Of a stretch of DNA of 64,000 nucleotides, positions 44,589-54,937 are shown in pieces (position 1 is the first letter of the stretch; every line of letters begins with the position of its first letter). The notes beneath the pieces were generated by a model. That model saw only the letters and a program-made list of their open reading frames with translations. It was not told where the DNA came from and did no database searches. The translations under genes and the position numbers were made by a program. Source of the DNA: Frankiales bacterium (GTDB lineage Bacteria; Actinomycetota; Actinomycetes; Mycobacteriales; SCTD01); NCBI GenBank assembly GCA_025465465.1, contig JAODND010000036.1:5145-69144 (forward strand), in the 5' to 3' direction.

Positions 44589-45455
44589 ATGGTGATCCGC
44601 AAGGCCGTCATCCCCGCAGCGGGCCTCGGCACGCGCTTCCTGCCGGCGACGAAAGCCGTCCCCAAGGAGATGCTTCCGGTCGTCGACACCCCGGCGATCC
44701 AGTTCGTCGTGGAGGAGGCGGTCGCTGCCGGCCTCACCGACGTCCTCATGGTCACCGGACGCAGCAAGCGCGCGCTCGAGGACCACTTCGACCGGGTGTG
44801 GGAGCTCGAGGCCACCCTCGAAGCCAAGGGCGACACCGACAAGCTCAGGAAGGTGCAGGAGTCGACGCACCTCGGTGACGTCCACTACGTCCGGCAGGGC
44901 GATCCGAAGGGTCTCGGCCACGCTGTCCTCGTCGCCGCCGAGCACGTCGGCAACGAGCCGTTCGCCGTCCTCCTCGGCGACGACCTCATCGACCCGCGCG
45001 ACCCGCTGCTGCGCCAGATGGTCGAGGTGCAGCAGCGCGAGGGCGGATCGGTCGTGGCCCTCATGGAGGTGCCGCACGACCAGATCTCGCTGTACGGGTG
45101 CGCCGCCGTCACCGGCGACGGCGACGTCGTGAAGATCAACGCGCTCGTCGAGAAGCCGCCCGCCGACGAGGCGCCGAGCGATCTCGCGATCATCGGTCGC
45201 TATGTGCTCTCGCCGACGGTCTTCTCGGTGCTCCGGGAGACGCCGCCCGGGCGCGGCGGGGAGATCCAGCTGACCGACGCCCTGCAGACGCTCATCGCGA
45301 TGGAGCCCGTCCACGGTGTGGTCTTCCGCGGCCGCCGCTATGACACGGGCGACCGGCTCGACTACCTCAAGACGGTGGTGCGACTGGCCAGCGAGCGCGA
45401 GGACCTCGGACCGCCGCTGCTCGCCTGGCTGCGCGAGTGGCTGCCGCAGCAGTGA
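44589..45455 (+). CDS. galU: UTP--glucose-1-phosphate uridylyltransferase
   Basis: The N-terminus AVIPAAGLGTRFLPATKAVPKEMLPVVD is canonical GalU. Confidence 0.92.
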   Translation: MVIRKAVIPAAGLGTRFLPATKAVPKEMLPVVDTPAIQFVVEEAVAAGLTDVLMVTGRSKRALEDHFDRVWELEATLEAKGDTDKLRKVQESTHLGDVHYVRQGDPKGLGHAVLVAAEHVGNEPFAVLLGDDLIDPRDPLLRQMVEVQQREGGSVVALMEVPHDQISLYGCAAVTGDGDVVKINALVEKPPADEAPSDLAIIGRYVLSPTVFSVLRETPPGRGGEIQLTDALQTLIAMEPVHGVVFRGRRYDTGDRLDYLKTVVRLASEREDLGPPLLAWLREWLPQQ

Positions 45456-46657
45456 GGTCCGTCGAGGAGCACCTCGCCGAGATCCTCTCGGTCGTCCATC
45501 CCCTGCAGTCGCTCGAGGTCGGGCTGCTCGACGCACACGGCTGCGTGCTCGCCGAGGACGTGGCGGCGACGGATCCTGTCCCGGCGCACGGCGTGGCAGC
45601 GGTCGACGGCTATGCCATCCGCTCACCGGATGTCGCTCACGCGCCGGTGGTGCTCCCGGTCGTCGGCGACGTGCTCGCCGGCACCCCGTCACCGTTGAGG
45701 GTGCAGCCCGGCCTGTCGGTCCGCATCACCGCGGGTGCGCTGCTGCCGCAGGGCGCCGACGCGGTGGTCCCGACGCCCTGGACCGACGGCGGCCTGGCCC
45801 AGGTCCGCATCGACCGCGCGGTCCCGGCCGGGCACGGCGTCAGCGCCGCCGGGGCCGACGTCGCCGCCGGCGAGACGGTGCTCACGACGGGCACGCACCT
45901 CGGAGCGGCCCAGATCGGCCTCGCCGCCGGCATCGGGAGGGCCCGGCTGCAGGTCCGTCCCCGTCCACGCGTGGTGGTGCTGTCGACCGGCAAGGAGCTC
46001 GTCGAACCGGGTACGGCGCTCGGCCCCGGTCAGGCGTACGACGCCAACAGCCTGGCCTTGACCACAGCCTGCCTGGAGGCGGGAGCCATCGCCTACCGGG
46101 TCGGCATCGTGAGCGACGACAGCCGGTCGATGGTCGACACCCTGGAGGACCAGCTGGTCCGCGCCGACCTGATCGTGCTGAGCGCCGGAGTCTCACCGTC
46201 GTCCTACGACGCGGTCCGCGAGGTGCTCGGCCGCCTCGGCAACGTCGCCTTCCAGGACGTCGCGATGTCGCCGGGGAGCCTGCACGGCTTCGGCACGATC
46301 GGCCCCGACGCGACGCCCGTCTTCGGGCTGCCGGGCGACGCCGTGGGTGCGCAGGTGTCGTTCGAGGCGTTTGTACGACCAGCGCTTCGCCGGATGCTCG
46401 GTGTCGCCCATCTCGCCCGCCCGATGGTCTCCGCCCGCGCCGGAGCCGACCTCAGCTCCCCGCCGGGGCGGAGGTCGTTCGTCCGGGCCTGGCTGGAGGT
46501 CAAGGAGGGCGCCTACCTGGTGACCCCGGTGCCGTCCACCAGCATCGTCGCGGGGCTTTCCAGGGCGAACGCACTCGTCGTCGTGCCGGAGTCGGTCGAC
46601 CACATCGCTGCCGGTGTCGCCGTGCAGGTGGTCATGCTCGAGCGCCGCGGGTTGTAG
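45452..46657 (+). CDS. moeA: MoeA-family molybdopterin molybdotransferase / gephyrin-like protein
   Basis: GTG at 45452 overlaps the galU stop (GTGA). It reads VRSVEEHLAEIL...VAAVDGYAI..., followed by a MoCF-binding domain (VVVLSTGKEL). Confidence 0.88.
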   Translation: MRSVEEHLAEILSVVHPLQSLEVGLLDAHGCVLAEDVAATDPVPAHGVAAVDGYAIRSPDVAHAPVVLPVVGDVLAGTPSPLRVQPGLSVRITAGALLPQGADAVVPTPWTDGGLAQVRIDRAVPAGHGVSAAGADVAAGETVLTTGTHLGAAQIGLAAGIGRARLQVRPRPRVVVLSTGKELVEPGTALGPGQAYDANSLALTTACLEAGAIAYRVGIVSDDSRSMVDTLEDQLVRADLIVLSAGVSPSSYDAVREVLGRLGNVAFQDVAMSPGSLHGFGTIGPDATPVFGLPGDAVGAQVSFEAFVRPALRRMLGVAHLARPMVSARAGADLSSPPGRRSFVRAWLEVKEGAYLVTPVPSTSIVAGLSRANALVVVPESVDHIAAGVAVQVVMLERRGL

Positions 46658-46659
46658 CC

Positions 46660-47286
46660 GTGGCGAGTCCGGGATGGCCGGCCGCCATGGTCGACGGGCC
46701 CGTCGGGGTACGCCCGTTCCGGCTGCGGGACGCCCAGGCCTGGTCGGAGTCCCGGATCCGCAACGAGGAGTGGCTCGCGCCGTGGGAGGGACGGCAGCCG
46801 TCGCTGCCCTCGTCGACGTGGGCGGATCGGCACAGCCCGGGAGCGTTCGCCGCGATGCTCCGGACGATGCGACGGGAGTCACGGGCCGGCCGCAGCCTGC
46901 CCTTCGCGGTCATGTACCACGGCTCGCTCGTCGGCCAGATCACCGTGGCGAACGTGGTGCGTGGTGCTTTCCAGTCCGCCAGCGTCGGCTACTGGGTGGA
47001 CCGGGCGGCGTCCGGCCGCGGCGTGATCCCGACGGCCCTCGCGCTCGTCGTCGACCACTGCTTCGACCAGGTCGGCCTGCACCGCATCGAGGCCAACGTG
47101 CGCCCGGAGAACACCCCGTCGCTGCGCGTCGTCCGCAAGCTCGGCTTCCGGGAAGAGGGGACCCACGCCCGGTTCCTGTACATCGACGGGGCCTGGCGCG
47201 ACCACCTGACCTTCGCCGTCACGGCCGAGGACTTTCCTGACGGTTTGCTGTCCAGGCTGGCACGCAGCCGACGACACACCGAGTGA
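46660..47286 (+). CDS. rimJ: GNAT family N-acetyltransferase (RimJ-like ribosomal-protein-alanine acetyltransferase)
   Basis: It lies in the frame of track ORF 45316..47286. GTG 46660 (or ATG 46687) gives ...VRPFRLRDAQAW...GYWVD...GRGV...HRIEANVRPEN..S..V..KLGFREEG. Confidence 0.85.
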   Translation: MASPGWPAAMVDGPVGVRPFRLRDAQAWSESRIRNEEWLAPWEGRQPSLPSSTWADRHSPGAFAAMLRTMRRESRAGRSLPFAVMYHGSLVGQITVANVVRGAFQSASVGYWVDRAASGRGVIPTALALVVDHCFDQVGLHRIEANVRPENTPSLRVVRKLGFREEGTHARFLYIDGAWRDHLTFAVTAEDFPDGLLSRLARSRRHTE

Positions 47287-48167
47287 CCTCCACGTTTCTT
47301 CAGGTGACGTCACTACCGTCAAGTGCTGTGGGTTCCGGACTGATCCTCTTCGCGATCGTCATCGCCTGGCTCATCGTGCTCGTGCCGATGGCGCTGCGCA
47401 GTCACGACAACTCCACCTATGCCAAGTCGGCCGACCGGTTCAGCCACGCGATGCGCGTCCTGTCGCGCCGCAGCAGCCGTGACGTGCTCGTCCCGAAGCG
47501 GGCCTACTCCTCGCTGGTCGTCTCCGAGACCCGTTCGCCCCGCCCCGCGCGCATCCCCGAGGAGCAGCCGGCCGAGGAAGAGGTCGTCTTCGAGGCGGAG
47601 CCACTCACTCCCGCCCAGCGCCGGACACGCACCCTCGCCGTCCTCGCCGGCCTGGCGCTGATCACCCTTGGCATCGCCCTCGCCGGGATCCGGGTCGGCC
47701 TCTACGCACACGTCATGTGCGACCTGCTGGCGGCCGGATTCGTCGTGCACTGCCGCCGCCAGGCGGTCCTCCGCGCGCAGCGTCGCGCCTCCCGACCGCG
47801 GGTCCGAGCCATAGCACCGGCTCCGGCCCGCACAACCGTTTCCCGGATCGCGGGGATCCCGGACCGGATCCCCGCGCGGCCGGCGCCGCTCTCGATGCCG
47901 CTGCCCGCCCCGGCCGCGCGCTATGAGGACACGCCCTCGCCGGCCGCGGCGACCGGCACCGACTCGTGGGACCCGGTGCCCGTCCCGCCACCGACCTACG
48001 TGTCGAAGCCGGTGGCCCCTCGCCGCGAGCCGCGAGTGCTCGACCTCACCAAGCCCGGCGAGTGGACAGCGGCCCTCGACGGCAACGATGTCGGCCTCGG
48101 AATCCTCGAGGAGGACCACGAGCTCGAGGACATTCTCGAGCGTCGCCGCGCTGCGGGTGACTGGTAG
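47283..48167 (+). CDS. three-TM membrane protein in the Rv0996 position (candidate GlpR/SepX-like)
   Basis: The GTG overlaps the rimJ stop. It has one N-terminal TM helix, a basic/Pro-rich linker, two further TM helices, and a cytoplasmic tail ending in an acidic helix (ILEEDHELEDILERRRAAGDW). Confidence 0.6.
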   Translation: MTSTFLQVTSLPSSAVGSGLILFAIVIAWLIVLVPMALRSHDNSTYAKSADRFSHAMRVLSRRSSRDVLVPKRAYSSLVVSETRSPRPARIPEEQPAEEEVVFEAEPLTPAQRRTRTLAVLAGLALITLGIALAGIRVGLYAHVMCDLLAAGFVVHCRRQAVLRAQRRASRPRVRAIAPAPARTTVSRIAGIPDRIPARPAPLSMPLPAPAARYEDTPSPAAATGTDSWDPVPVPPPTYVSKPVAPRREPRVLDLTKPGEWTAALDGNDVGLGILEEDHELEDILERRRAAGDW

Positions 48168-48190
48168 CCTGCTGATCCACCGCAACATGC

Positions 48191-48266
<76 letters not shown>

Positions 48267-48273
48267 CAGCCGT

Positions 48274-48301
48274 CACCGCCCCGGCTAGCGTCGGGGCGGT
48301 G
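48274..48301 (+). terminator. perfect 10-bp stem hairpin (CACCGCCCCG-N8-CGGGGCGGTG) 10 nt after tRNA-Ala
   Basis: Seen directly in the sequence. There is no U-tract, so it is not a canonical intrinsic terminator. The 3' arm ends with the GTG start (48299) of the next CDS. Confidence 0.35.
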
Positions 48302-48961
48302 AACCCCGTAGACCCAGAAGTCGCCGCCGCCGAGCTGGAGCTGGCCAACGAGCTGCGCCGCATCGTCAACCGGATGGTGCTCGTTCGGCCGTCTGCCGAG
48401 GAGCTGCGCGCGGCCGCGACGACGGCTCGGGACTTCGCCGACCGGCTGGAGCAGCTGCAGGTGCGTCCGGGCAGTGTGCTGACGATCAGCGAGGCCGGCC
48501 TGCAGCCGCACGATCACCTCCGGCACAGCCCGTGGTCGGGGACGAGCAACGTCATCGCGCCTCCGGTCGAGCTGTGGTTCGTGGACGGCGAGGCCGACGG
48601 CCCCGAGGGACGCCGGACCAGCGGCCGGGTCGTGTTCGGGACGGCCTACGAGGGACCTCCCGGTCACGCGCATGGCGGCTGCGTCGCGGGAGTCTTCGAC
48701 GAGCTGCTCGGCCGCTCGCAGCTGCGCGCCGGCTTCACCGGCACCCTGACCTTGAGCTACCGCCGCCCGACGCCGCTCCTCGAGCCCGTCGACCTGTGCG
48801 CGTGGGTCGAGCGCACCGACGGGCGCAAGCGCTGGGTCAAGGGCACCGCGAAGCTCGACGGAGTGCTGCTGGTCGAGGCGGAGGGCCTGTTCATCGCGCC
48901 GCGCGAGGGCGCCGACCAGGACGGCATCATCGCGAGCCTCAACCGGGTCTCCGGCCACTGA
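48299..48961 (+). CDS. PaaI-family (hotdog-fold) thioesterase
   Basis: GTG at 48299, 220 aa. The HGGCVAGVFDELLG motif is typical of PaaI-type thioesterases. The upstream part of the track ORF runs through the tRNA. Confidence 0.7.
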   Translation: MNPVDPEVAAAELELANELRRIVNRMVLVRPSAEELRAAATTARDFADRLEQLQVRPGSVLTISEAGLQPHDHLRHSPWSGTSNVIAPPVELWFVDGEADGPEGRRTSGRVVFGTAYEGPPGHAHGGCVAGVFDELLGRSQLRAGFTGTLTLSYRRPTPLLEPVDLCAWVERTDGRKRWVKGTAKLDGVLLVEAEGLFIAPREGADQDGIIASLNRVSGH

Positions 48962-49082
48962 GCCACTCGCGCACCACCTGGTCCCTTCCGCCGTGCACAG
49001 GCGAGGCCGGTGCCGGCGGGCTGGTGAGCGCGGCACGGGGGCCACTGCCGGTGCGCGTGTGCACGAGGCAAGCGTGGGGTGG

Positions 49083-50654
49083 TCAGATCCAGCTGGTGAA
49101 CCACATCCGGTGGTGCCAGGACGTGTAGGGGATCGTGACCGCGGCGAGCACCGGGTAGAGCCACCAGAAGTTGAGGACGACCAGCGAGGTGTAGACGCCG
49201 GCGGCTCCGGAGCCCCAGATCCGTCTGGTCGAGCCCGGCGGTCCGACAACCCAGCCGACGACGATCGCCAGGCCCAGGCAGAGGAACGGCACCGACGGCA
49301 GCGCGTAGAACAGGAACATGGTGCGGTGCTTCTGGTCGCTCGGGATCCAGGCCAGGATCGACACCAGCATCAGCAGGAGCACCGAGGCTGATGCCCAGTC
49401 CCTCTTCGACGCCCACCGGAACAGCAGTGCGATCGCCACCGGCAGCATCGCCCACCACAACGCCGGCGTGCCGATCGCGAGCACCTCGCGCGAGCAGCCC
49501 GTCGACGTCTGGCAGCCGTAGACACCGGTCTTGATCGGCGACGGGTAGTAGTAGGACACCGGGCGCTGGAGGAACGGCCATGACAGCGGGTGCGATTGGT
49601 AGGGGTGGGTCTTCTCCAGCGTCTGGTGGAAGTGCCACATCTCCCAGTGGTAGTGCCAGAAGGACCGCAGAGACGCTGGGACGAAGGGGAAGTCGGTGTG
49701 CGGGTTGTCTTTCGCCCACTGCCGGTCCCAGCCCTCCTTCGTGACGAACCAGCCGGTCCACGAGCCGACGTAGACGGCGACGGGCAGGACGAGGAAGACA
49801 CCGACGAAGGGCGCCGTCGTCTGCCGCACCGTCGTCCGCCAGGGCGCGCGGAGGCCTGCCGCACGGCGGGCGCCAGCCTCCCAGAACAGGGTCAGGACCA
49901 GCATCACCGCGATCGGATAGAGCGCGCTCCACTTGGTGGCCAGCGCGCAGCCCATCATCAGCCCGGCGACGAGCCGCCACGGCCGCCAGCCGAGTGGTCC
50001 ACCCCGGGCGAGCTGCTCCTCGGACGCCTCGGCGAGGCGGGCTCGGATCCGGTCCCGGTCGATGACCAGGGCGCCGAAGGCTGCGACGACGAAGAAGCAG
50101 AGGAACACGTCGAGCGTCGCGATCCGGCTCTGCACGAAGTGGAGCCCGTCGAGGGCGAGGAACAGTCCGGCGAGACCGCCGAGCAGGGTCGAGCCCGTCA
50201 TGCGCCGGGCGATGCGGATCAGCAGCAGCACGGTGAGGGTGCCGAACACCGCGGCCGAGATGCGCCAGCCCCAGGTGTTGAAGCCCATCAGCTGCTCGCC
50301 GACGCCGATCAGCCACTTGCCCAGCGGTGGGTGCACGACGAAGGCAGGGGAGCTGCCGTTGAGGGCACAGAACTGCGCGTCGTTCGACGTCGCGTGCTCG
50401 ACCCCGTAGGTCATGAGCGAGTGGGCGTCGCAGGCGTAGTACAGCTCGTCGAAGATGTCGCCCGCGACGACCTTGCCGTTGCTGAGGTTCGTCGCCGGCT
50501 GGTCGAGGCGCAGGAACCGCAGCAGCCCGGCGAGGACGGTCACGGCGAGTGTCACCGGCCAGCCGCCGGAGCCGGTCACGAGGGGCCGCAGGCGGTCCCG
50601 CCAGCCGGACTGGTCGACATCCGCGGCAGCGGTCCGGTCGAGGGTCGCCGTCAT
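49083..50654 (-). CDS. pmt: dolichyl/polyprenol-phosphate-mannose--protein mannosyltransferase (Pmt, Rv1002c-like)
   Basis: ATG at 50654, 523-aa polytopic protein. It has the DE motif region (IFDELYYA) and HPPLGKWLI, typical of the PMT/GT39 family. Confidence 0.9.
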   Translation of the reverse strand: MTATLDRTAAADVDQSGWRDRLRPLVTGSGGWPVTLAVTVLAGLLRFLRLDQPATNLSNGKVVAGDIFDELYYACDAHSLMTYGVEHATSNDAQFCALNGSSPAFVVHPPLGKWLIGVGEQLMGFNTWGWRISAAVFGTLTVLLLIRIARRMTGSTLLGGLAGLFLALDGLHFVQSRIATLDVFLCFFVVAAFGALVIDRDRIRARLAEASEEQLARGGPLGWRPWRLVAGLMMGCALATKWSALYPIAVMLVLTLFWEAGARRAAGLRAPWRTTVRQTTAPFVGVFLVLPVAVYVGSWTGWFVTKEGWDRQWAKDNPHTDFPFVPASLRSFWHYHWEMWHFHQTLEKTHPYQSHPLSWPFLQRPVSYYYPSPIKTGVYGCQTSTGCSREVLAIGTPALWWAMLPVAIALLFRWASKRDWASASVLLLMLVSILAWIPSDQKHRTMFLFYALPSVPFLCLGLAIVVGWVVGPPGSTRRIWGSGAAGVYTSLVVLNFWWLYPVLAAVTIPYTSWHHRMWFTSWI

Positions 50655-50699
50655 GGGCGCCACGCTATCTTGATCCGCCCCTCCTACGGTGCGAGCAGA

Positions 50700-51542
50700 A
50701 TGCTGACCATGAGCCTCGTCCTCGCCGGTGTGCCGATCGGCCGTGCCGGTGATGCGAGTGCCCGGCTGGTGGAGTGCCTCGGGACCGCCGACGTCATCGC
50801 CGCTGAGGACACCCGCCGGCTGACCCGGCTCTGTCACGACCTCGGCGTGACCTACTCCGGACGGCTGGTCAGCTACTTCGAGGGCAACGAGGCCGAGCGC
50901 ACCCCGCAGCTGCTGGCAGCGCTCCGGGAGGGGCAGACGGTCCTGCTCGTGACGGACGCCGGCATGCCCTCGGTGTCGGACCCCGGCTTCCGGCTCGTGG
51001 CCGCCGCAGCGGCGGCGGAGCTTCCGGTCACCTGCCTGCCCGGCCCCTCGGCGGTCACCGCCGCGCTCGCCGTCAGCGGGCTGCCGTCGGACCGGTTCTG
51101 CTTTGAGGGCTTCCTGCCGCGCAAGGCCGGCGAGCGGCGGGCGCGGCTGTCGAGTCTGGTCGCTGAGCGCCGTACCGCCGTGTTCTTCGAGGCGCCGCAC
51201 CGGCTGGGGGCAACCCTGGCGGACATGGCGGCCGTGCTCGGAGACCGCCGCGCGGTGGTCTGCCGCGAGCTGACGAAGACGCACGAGGAGATCGTCCGGG
51301 GGACGCTGGCCGAGCTGGCCGAGCGCTTCTCGGGAGAGGTGCTCGGCGAGGTCACCGTCGTGGTCGAGGGCGCAGCCCCGGTGGCCGTCGAGGCGACGCC
51401 CGAGGAGCTGGCCCGGCTCGTCGCCGTGCGGGAGGCGAGCGGTGAGCCCCGCAAGGAGGCCATCACCGGCGTCGCCCGCGAGCTCGGAGTCCCGAAGAGA
51501 GAGGTGTACGAGGCCGTGGTGTCCCTGCGGTCTCAGTCGTAG
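50700..51542 (+). CDS. rsmI: 16S rRNA (cytidine1402-2'-O)-methyltransferase
   Basis: ATG at 50700 gives ...VIAAEDTRR...LVTDAGMPSVSDPGF...GPSA...FEAPHR... Confidence 0.9.
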   Translation: MLTMSLVLAGVPIGRAGDASARLVECLGTADVIAAEDTRRLTRLCHDLGVTYSGRLVSYFEGNEAERTPQLLAALREGQTVLLVTDAGMPSVSDPGFRLVAAAAAAELPVTCLPGPSAVTAALAVSGLPSDRFCFEGFLPRKAGERRARLSSLVAERRTAVFFEAPHRLGATLADMAAVLGDRRAVVCRELTKTHEEIVRGTLAELAERFSGEVLGEVTVVVEGAAPVAVEATPEELARLVAVREASGEPRKEAITGVARELGVPKREVYEAVVSLRSQS

Positions 51543-52288
51543 CTGCGGATCATCCGCACGTTGAGGAAGAGCATCACGACCCCGAGCCCGCCCACGACGG
51601 CGAAGGCCAGGCCGACAGACCCCCAGTCGACGTCGCCCAGGACCAGGGTGCGAAGCCCCTCCATGATGTAGGTGACGGGGTTGCAGGACGCGGCGATCTC
51701 CATGGGGCGGGTGAGCATGTCGCGGGGCACGAAGCTCGGTGTGAGAAACAGCAGGGGGAAGAACACGAGGCCACCCGACTGCGTGGCCGCCCCGCTGCGG
51801 GTCCGCAGCGCGATCAGCTGCATGAAGCCGGCGTAGACGACGGCCCACGAGCCGTTGAGCAGCAAGATCAGCAGGAAGCCGCCGATGCCGCTCGCGATCC
51901 GGACGCCGAACAGCAGCGAGATCGCCACCATGGCCGAGGTGAGGACCAGCGCTTTCACGGACTCGGCGAGCAGCCTGCTCAGGACCAGCGCGATCCGGGA
52001 GATCGGGGCCGCCCGGAGCCGGTCGAAGTAGCCGCCCTCGATGTCCTCGACGAGGAACATGGCGGCGCTGCCGAAGGACGCTCCCAGCAGCAGCGAGCTC
52101 GGCAGCTGGAACCCGGCGTACCCCTGCCCGTGGAGGAAGGCCGTCGACGAGCCGGGGAAGATCTTGCCGGCCTGCCCGACGTTGACGACGAGGAAGAACA
52201 GCGGGATGAACAGCGTCGGGATGACGGCCTCGGGCGTGCGAAGGGCCTCCCGCAGCGCCCGCTGCGTGAGCACCAGGGTGTCCTTCAC
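51533..52288 (-). CDS. ABC-2 type transporter permease (DrrB-like)
   Basis: GTG at 52288 overlaps the ATPase stop (GTGA). It is 251 aa with six TM helices. Confidence 0.8.
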   Translation of the reverse strand: MKDTLVLTQRALREALRTPEAVIPTLFIPLFFLVVNVGQAGKIFPGSSTAFLHGQGYAGFQLPSSLLLGASFGSAAMFLVEDIEGGYFDRLRAAPISRIALVLSRLLAESVKALVLTSAMVAISLLFGVRIASGIGGFLLILLLNGSWAVVYAGFMQLIALRTRSGAATQSGGLVFFPLLFLTPSFVPRDMLTRPMEIAASCNPVTYIMEGLRTLVLGDVDWGSVGLAFAVVGGLGVVMLFLNVRMIRSYD

Positions 52289-53094
52289 GCCTGCACCTCC
52301 GCGACCTCGCCGGCGACCTTCGTGCGGGTGCGCCCGGTGGCGTCGAGGAACACGTCGTCGAGCGTGGGGTCTGCCGTCAGGCCCTTGCGCCGGCGCAGGT
52401 CGGCCTTGAGGTCGGCCGGCGTGCCCTCGAGGACGATCCGGCCGCCGTCGATGATCGCCAGCCGATCGCACAGCTGGTCGGCCTCCTCGAGGTACTGCGT
52501 CGTGAGGAACACCGTGGTCCCGTGGCCGTTGATGCGCCGCACCTCGTCCCAGATGGTCAGCCGGCTGGCGGGGTCGAGGCCGGTCGTCGGCTCGTCGAGG
52601 AACAGCACCTCCGGCTCGTGGACGAGCGCCGACGCGAGGTCGAGGCGGCGCTTCATGCCGCCGGAGTAGCCCTTCACCCGGTGGTCACCGGCCTCCACCA
52701 GGTCGACGAGCTCGAGCTGGACCTGAGCGATGTCCTTCGCCTCCGCAGTGGAGTTGCCGAACAACCGGGCTTGCAGGGTCAGCAGCTCCCGGCCGGTCTG
52801 TCGCGGGTCGAGACCCGCCTCCTGCAGCGCGACCCCGATCTTGCGGCGGACACCGTCGGGGTCCTTCGCCACGTCGACGCCGGCCACCGACGCCGTGCCC
52901 CCGGTGATGGTCAGCAGCGTGGTGAGCATCCGGACGGTCGTCGACTTGCCCGCCCCGTTGGGCCCGAGGAAGCCGAACACCTCACCGGTCCGCACATGGA
53001 GGTCGACACCGCGGACGGCTTCCACCTCGCCGTCCTTGGCGGGATAGGTCTTGCGCAGGCCGGTGGCCTCAACTGCCCAGGTCATGGGTTCCAT
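52285..53094 (-). CDS. ABC transporter ATP-binding protein (DrrA-like)
   Basis: It has Walker A (GPNGAGKST), the signature YSGGMKRRL and Walker B (VLFLDEPTTGLD). Confidence 0.9.
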   Translation of the reverse strand: MEPMTWAVEATGLRKTYPAKDGEVEAVRGVDLHVRTGEVFGFLGPNGAGKSTTVRMLTTLLTITGGTASVAGVDVAKDPDGVRRKIGVALQEAGLDPRQTGRELLTLQARLFGNSTAEAKDIAQVQLELVDLVEAGDHRVKGYSGGMKRRLDLASALVHEPEVLFLDEPTTGLDPASRLTIWDEVRRINGHGTTVFLTTQYLEEADQLCDRLAIIDGGRIVLEGTPADLKADLRRRKGLTADPTLDDVFLDATGRTRTKVAGEVAEVQA

Positions 53095-53158
53095 GCTCTC
53101 CCAGACGTCCGACAGCCGAGAAACTCATCGTCGTCGACGCGATCACTAGGGTGGCCAC

Positions 53159-54937
53159 ATGTCCCGCACGATCCTGACCGCGGTCGCCTGGCCCTATGCC
53201 AACGGCCCGCGCCACATCGGCCACGTCGCCGGTTTCGGTGTGCCCTCCGACGTCTTCAGCCGATACCACCGGATGGCGGGCAACAAGGTCCTCATGGTGA
53301 GCGGCACCGACGAGCACGGCACGCCGATCCAGGTGCAGGCCGACCGGGAAGGCGTCACCGCCCGCGAGCTCGCCGACCGCTACAACCGGATCATCGCGGA
53401 GGACCTGCAGGGTCTTGGGCTCACCTACGACCTGTTCACCCGCACGACCACCCGCAACCACTACGAGGTGGTCCAGAAGCTGTTCCTCGCGTTGCACAAG
53501 AACGGCTATGTCGTCGAGCGGTCGCAGCTGTCCGCGATCGACGCCAAGACCGGGCGCGGCCTCCCCGACCGCTATGTCGAGGGCACCTGCCCCAACTGCG
53601 GGTACGACGGTGCGCGCGGCGACCAGTGCGACAACTGCGGCCGTCAGCTCGACCCCCAGGACCTCATCAACCCCCGCTCGACGATCGACGGGGAGCCGCC
53701 CACGTTCGTCGAGTCGGCGCAGTTCTACCTCGAGCTGCCGGCCTTCGCGGAGCTGCTCGCGTCGTGGCTCAAGGAGCGCACCGACTGGCGCCCCAACGTC
53801 TTGAAGTACAGCGCCAACCTCATCGACGAGATGCGGCCGCGGGCGATCTCGCGCGACCTCGACTGGGGGGTGCCGATCCCGCTCGAGGGATGGAAGGACC
53901 GCAACGACAAGCGGCTCTACGTCTGGTTCGACGCGGTCATCGGCTACCTGTCCGCTTCGATCGAGTGGTCGCGGCGCACGGGTGGGTCGTGGGAGGAGTT
54001 CTGGCACGGCGGCATCGCCGAGGGCTTCTACTTCATGGGCAAGGACAACGTCGTCTTCCACTCGGTGATCTGGCCGGCGATCCTGCTCGGCGCCTCGGGC
54101 AAGCCGGAAGGGTCGGCCGGGGAGTACGGCGAGCTCGACCTCCCGTCCGAGGTCGTGTCGAGCGAGTACCTGACGATGGAGGGCAAGAAGTTCTCCTCGT
54201 CGCGGTCCGTCGTCATCTATGTGCGTGACGTCCTCGAGCGCTACGGGCCGGACGCGATCCGCTACTACCTCTGCGTCGCCGGCCCGGAGTCCTCCGACAC
54301 CGACTTCACGTGGGAGCAGTTCGTCACCCGCAACAACACGGAGCTGGTCGCGGGCTGGGGCAACCTCGTCAACCGCACGATGTCCCTGGTGCACAAGAAC
54401 CTCGGCTCGATCCCGCCCGCGGGCGACCTCACCGACGACGACCGCGCCGCCCTCACTGCGTCCTCAGCCGCCTTCGAGACGGTGGGCCACTTGCTCGGAC
54501 GCAACCAGGTGAAGGCGGCGATCAACGAGGCGATGCGCATCGTCGGCGAGGCCAACAAGTATCTCTCCGACCAGGCGCCGTGGAAGCTCAAGGAGGACCC
54601 GGAGCGGCGGGCCTCCGTGCTGCACGTCGCGCTCCAGCTGATCGCCGACGCCAAGACGCTGCTGACCCCCTTCCTGCCGCACAGCTCGCAGCAGGTGTGG
54701 GAGATGCTCGGCGGCAAGGGCGAGTGGTCCGGCCAGCCAGAGCTGCGGGAGGTCGACGACCTCGACGGCGGCCCGTCGTACCCGGTGCTGATGGGTGACT
54801 ACGCCGCGGCGGCCGCGCGCTGGGAGTCGCAGCCGATCACCCCCGGGATCCCGATCGGCGAGCCGGTGCCGCTGTTCACGAAGCTCGACCCGTCCGTGAT
54901 CGAGGAGGAGCTGGCCCGCCTTGACCCGGGGGAGTAG
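53159..54937 (+). CDS. metG: methionine--tRNA ligase
   Basis: It has [11 protein letters not shown] (the HIGH motif), the zinc knuckle [13 protein letters not shown], and KFSSSRS (KMSKS-like). Confidence 0.95.
   Translation: MSRTILTAVAWPYANGPRHIGHVAGFGVPSDVFSRYHRMAGNKVLMVSGTDEHGTPIQVQADREGVTARELADRYNRIIAEDLQGLGLTYDLFTRTTTRNHYEVVQKLFLALHKNGYVVERSQLSAIDAKTGRGLPDRYVEGTCPNCGYDGARGDQCDNCGRQLDPQDLINPRSTIDGEPPTFVESAQFYLELPAFAELLASWLKERTDWRPNVLKYSANLIDEMRPRAISRDLDWGVPIPLEGWKDRNDKRLYVWFDAVIGYLSASIEWSRRTGGSWEEFWHGGIAEGFYFMGKDNVVFHSVIWPAILLGASGKPEGSAGEYGELDLPSEVVSSEYLTMEGKKFSSSRSVVIYVRDVLERYGPDAIRYYLCVAGPESSDTDFTWEQFVTRNNTELVAGWGNLVNRTMSLVHKNLGSIPPAGDLTDDDRAALTASSAAFETVGHLLGRNQVKAAINEAMRIVGEANKYLSDQAPWKLKEDPERRASVLHVALQLIADAKTLLTPFLPHSSQQVWEMLGGKGEWSGQPELREVDDLDGGPSYPVLMGDYAAAAARWESQPITPGIPIGEPVPLFTKLDPSVIEEELARLDPGE

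Noticed and set aside
48962-49082. Long-range inverted repeat GTGCACA ... TGTGCAC between the convergent thioesterase and pmt genes, as a bidirectional terminator
   Set aside because: The arms are only 7 bp (11 of 14 when extended), the interior is ~55 nt, and there is no U/A tract. This is within chance expectation for GC-rich DNA.
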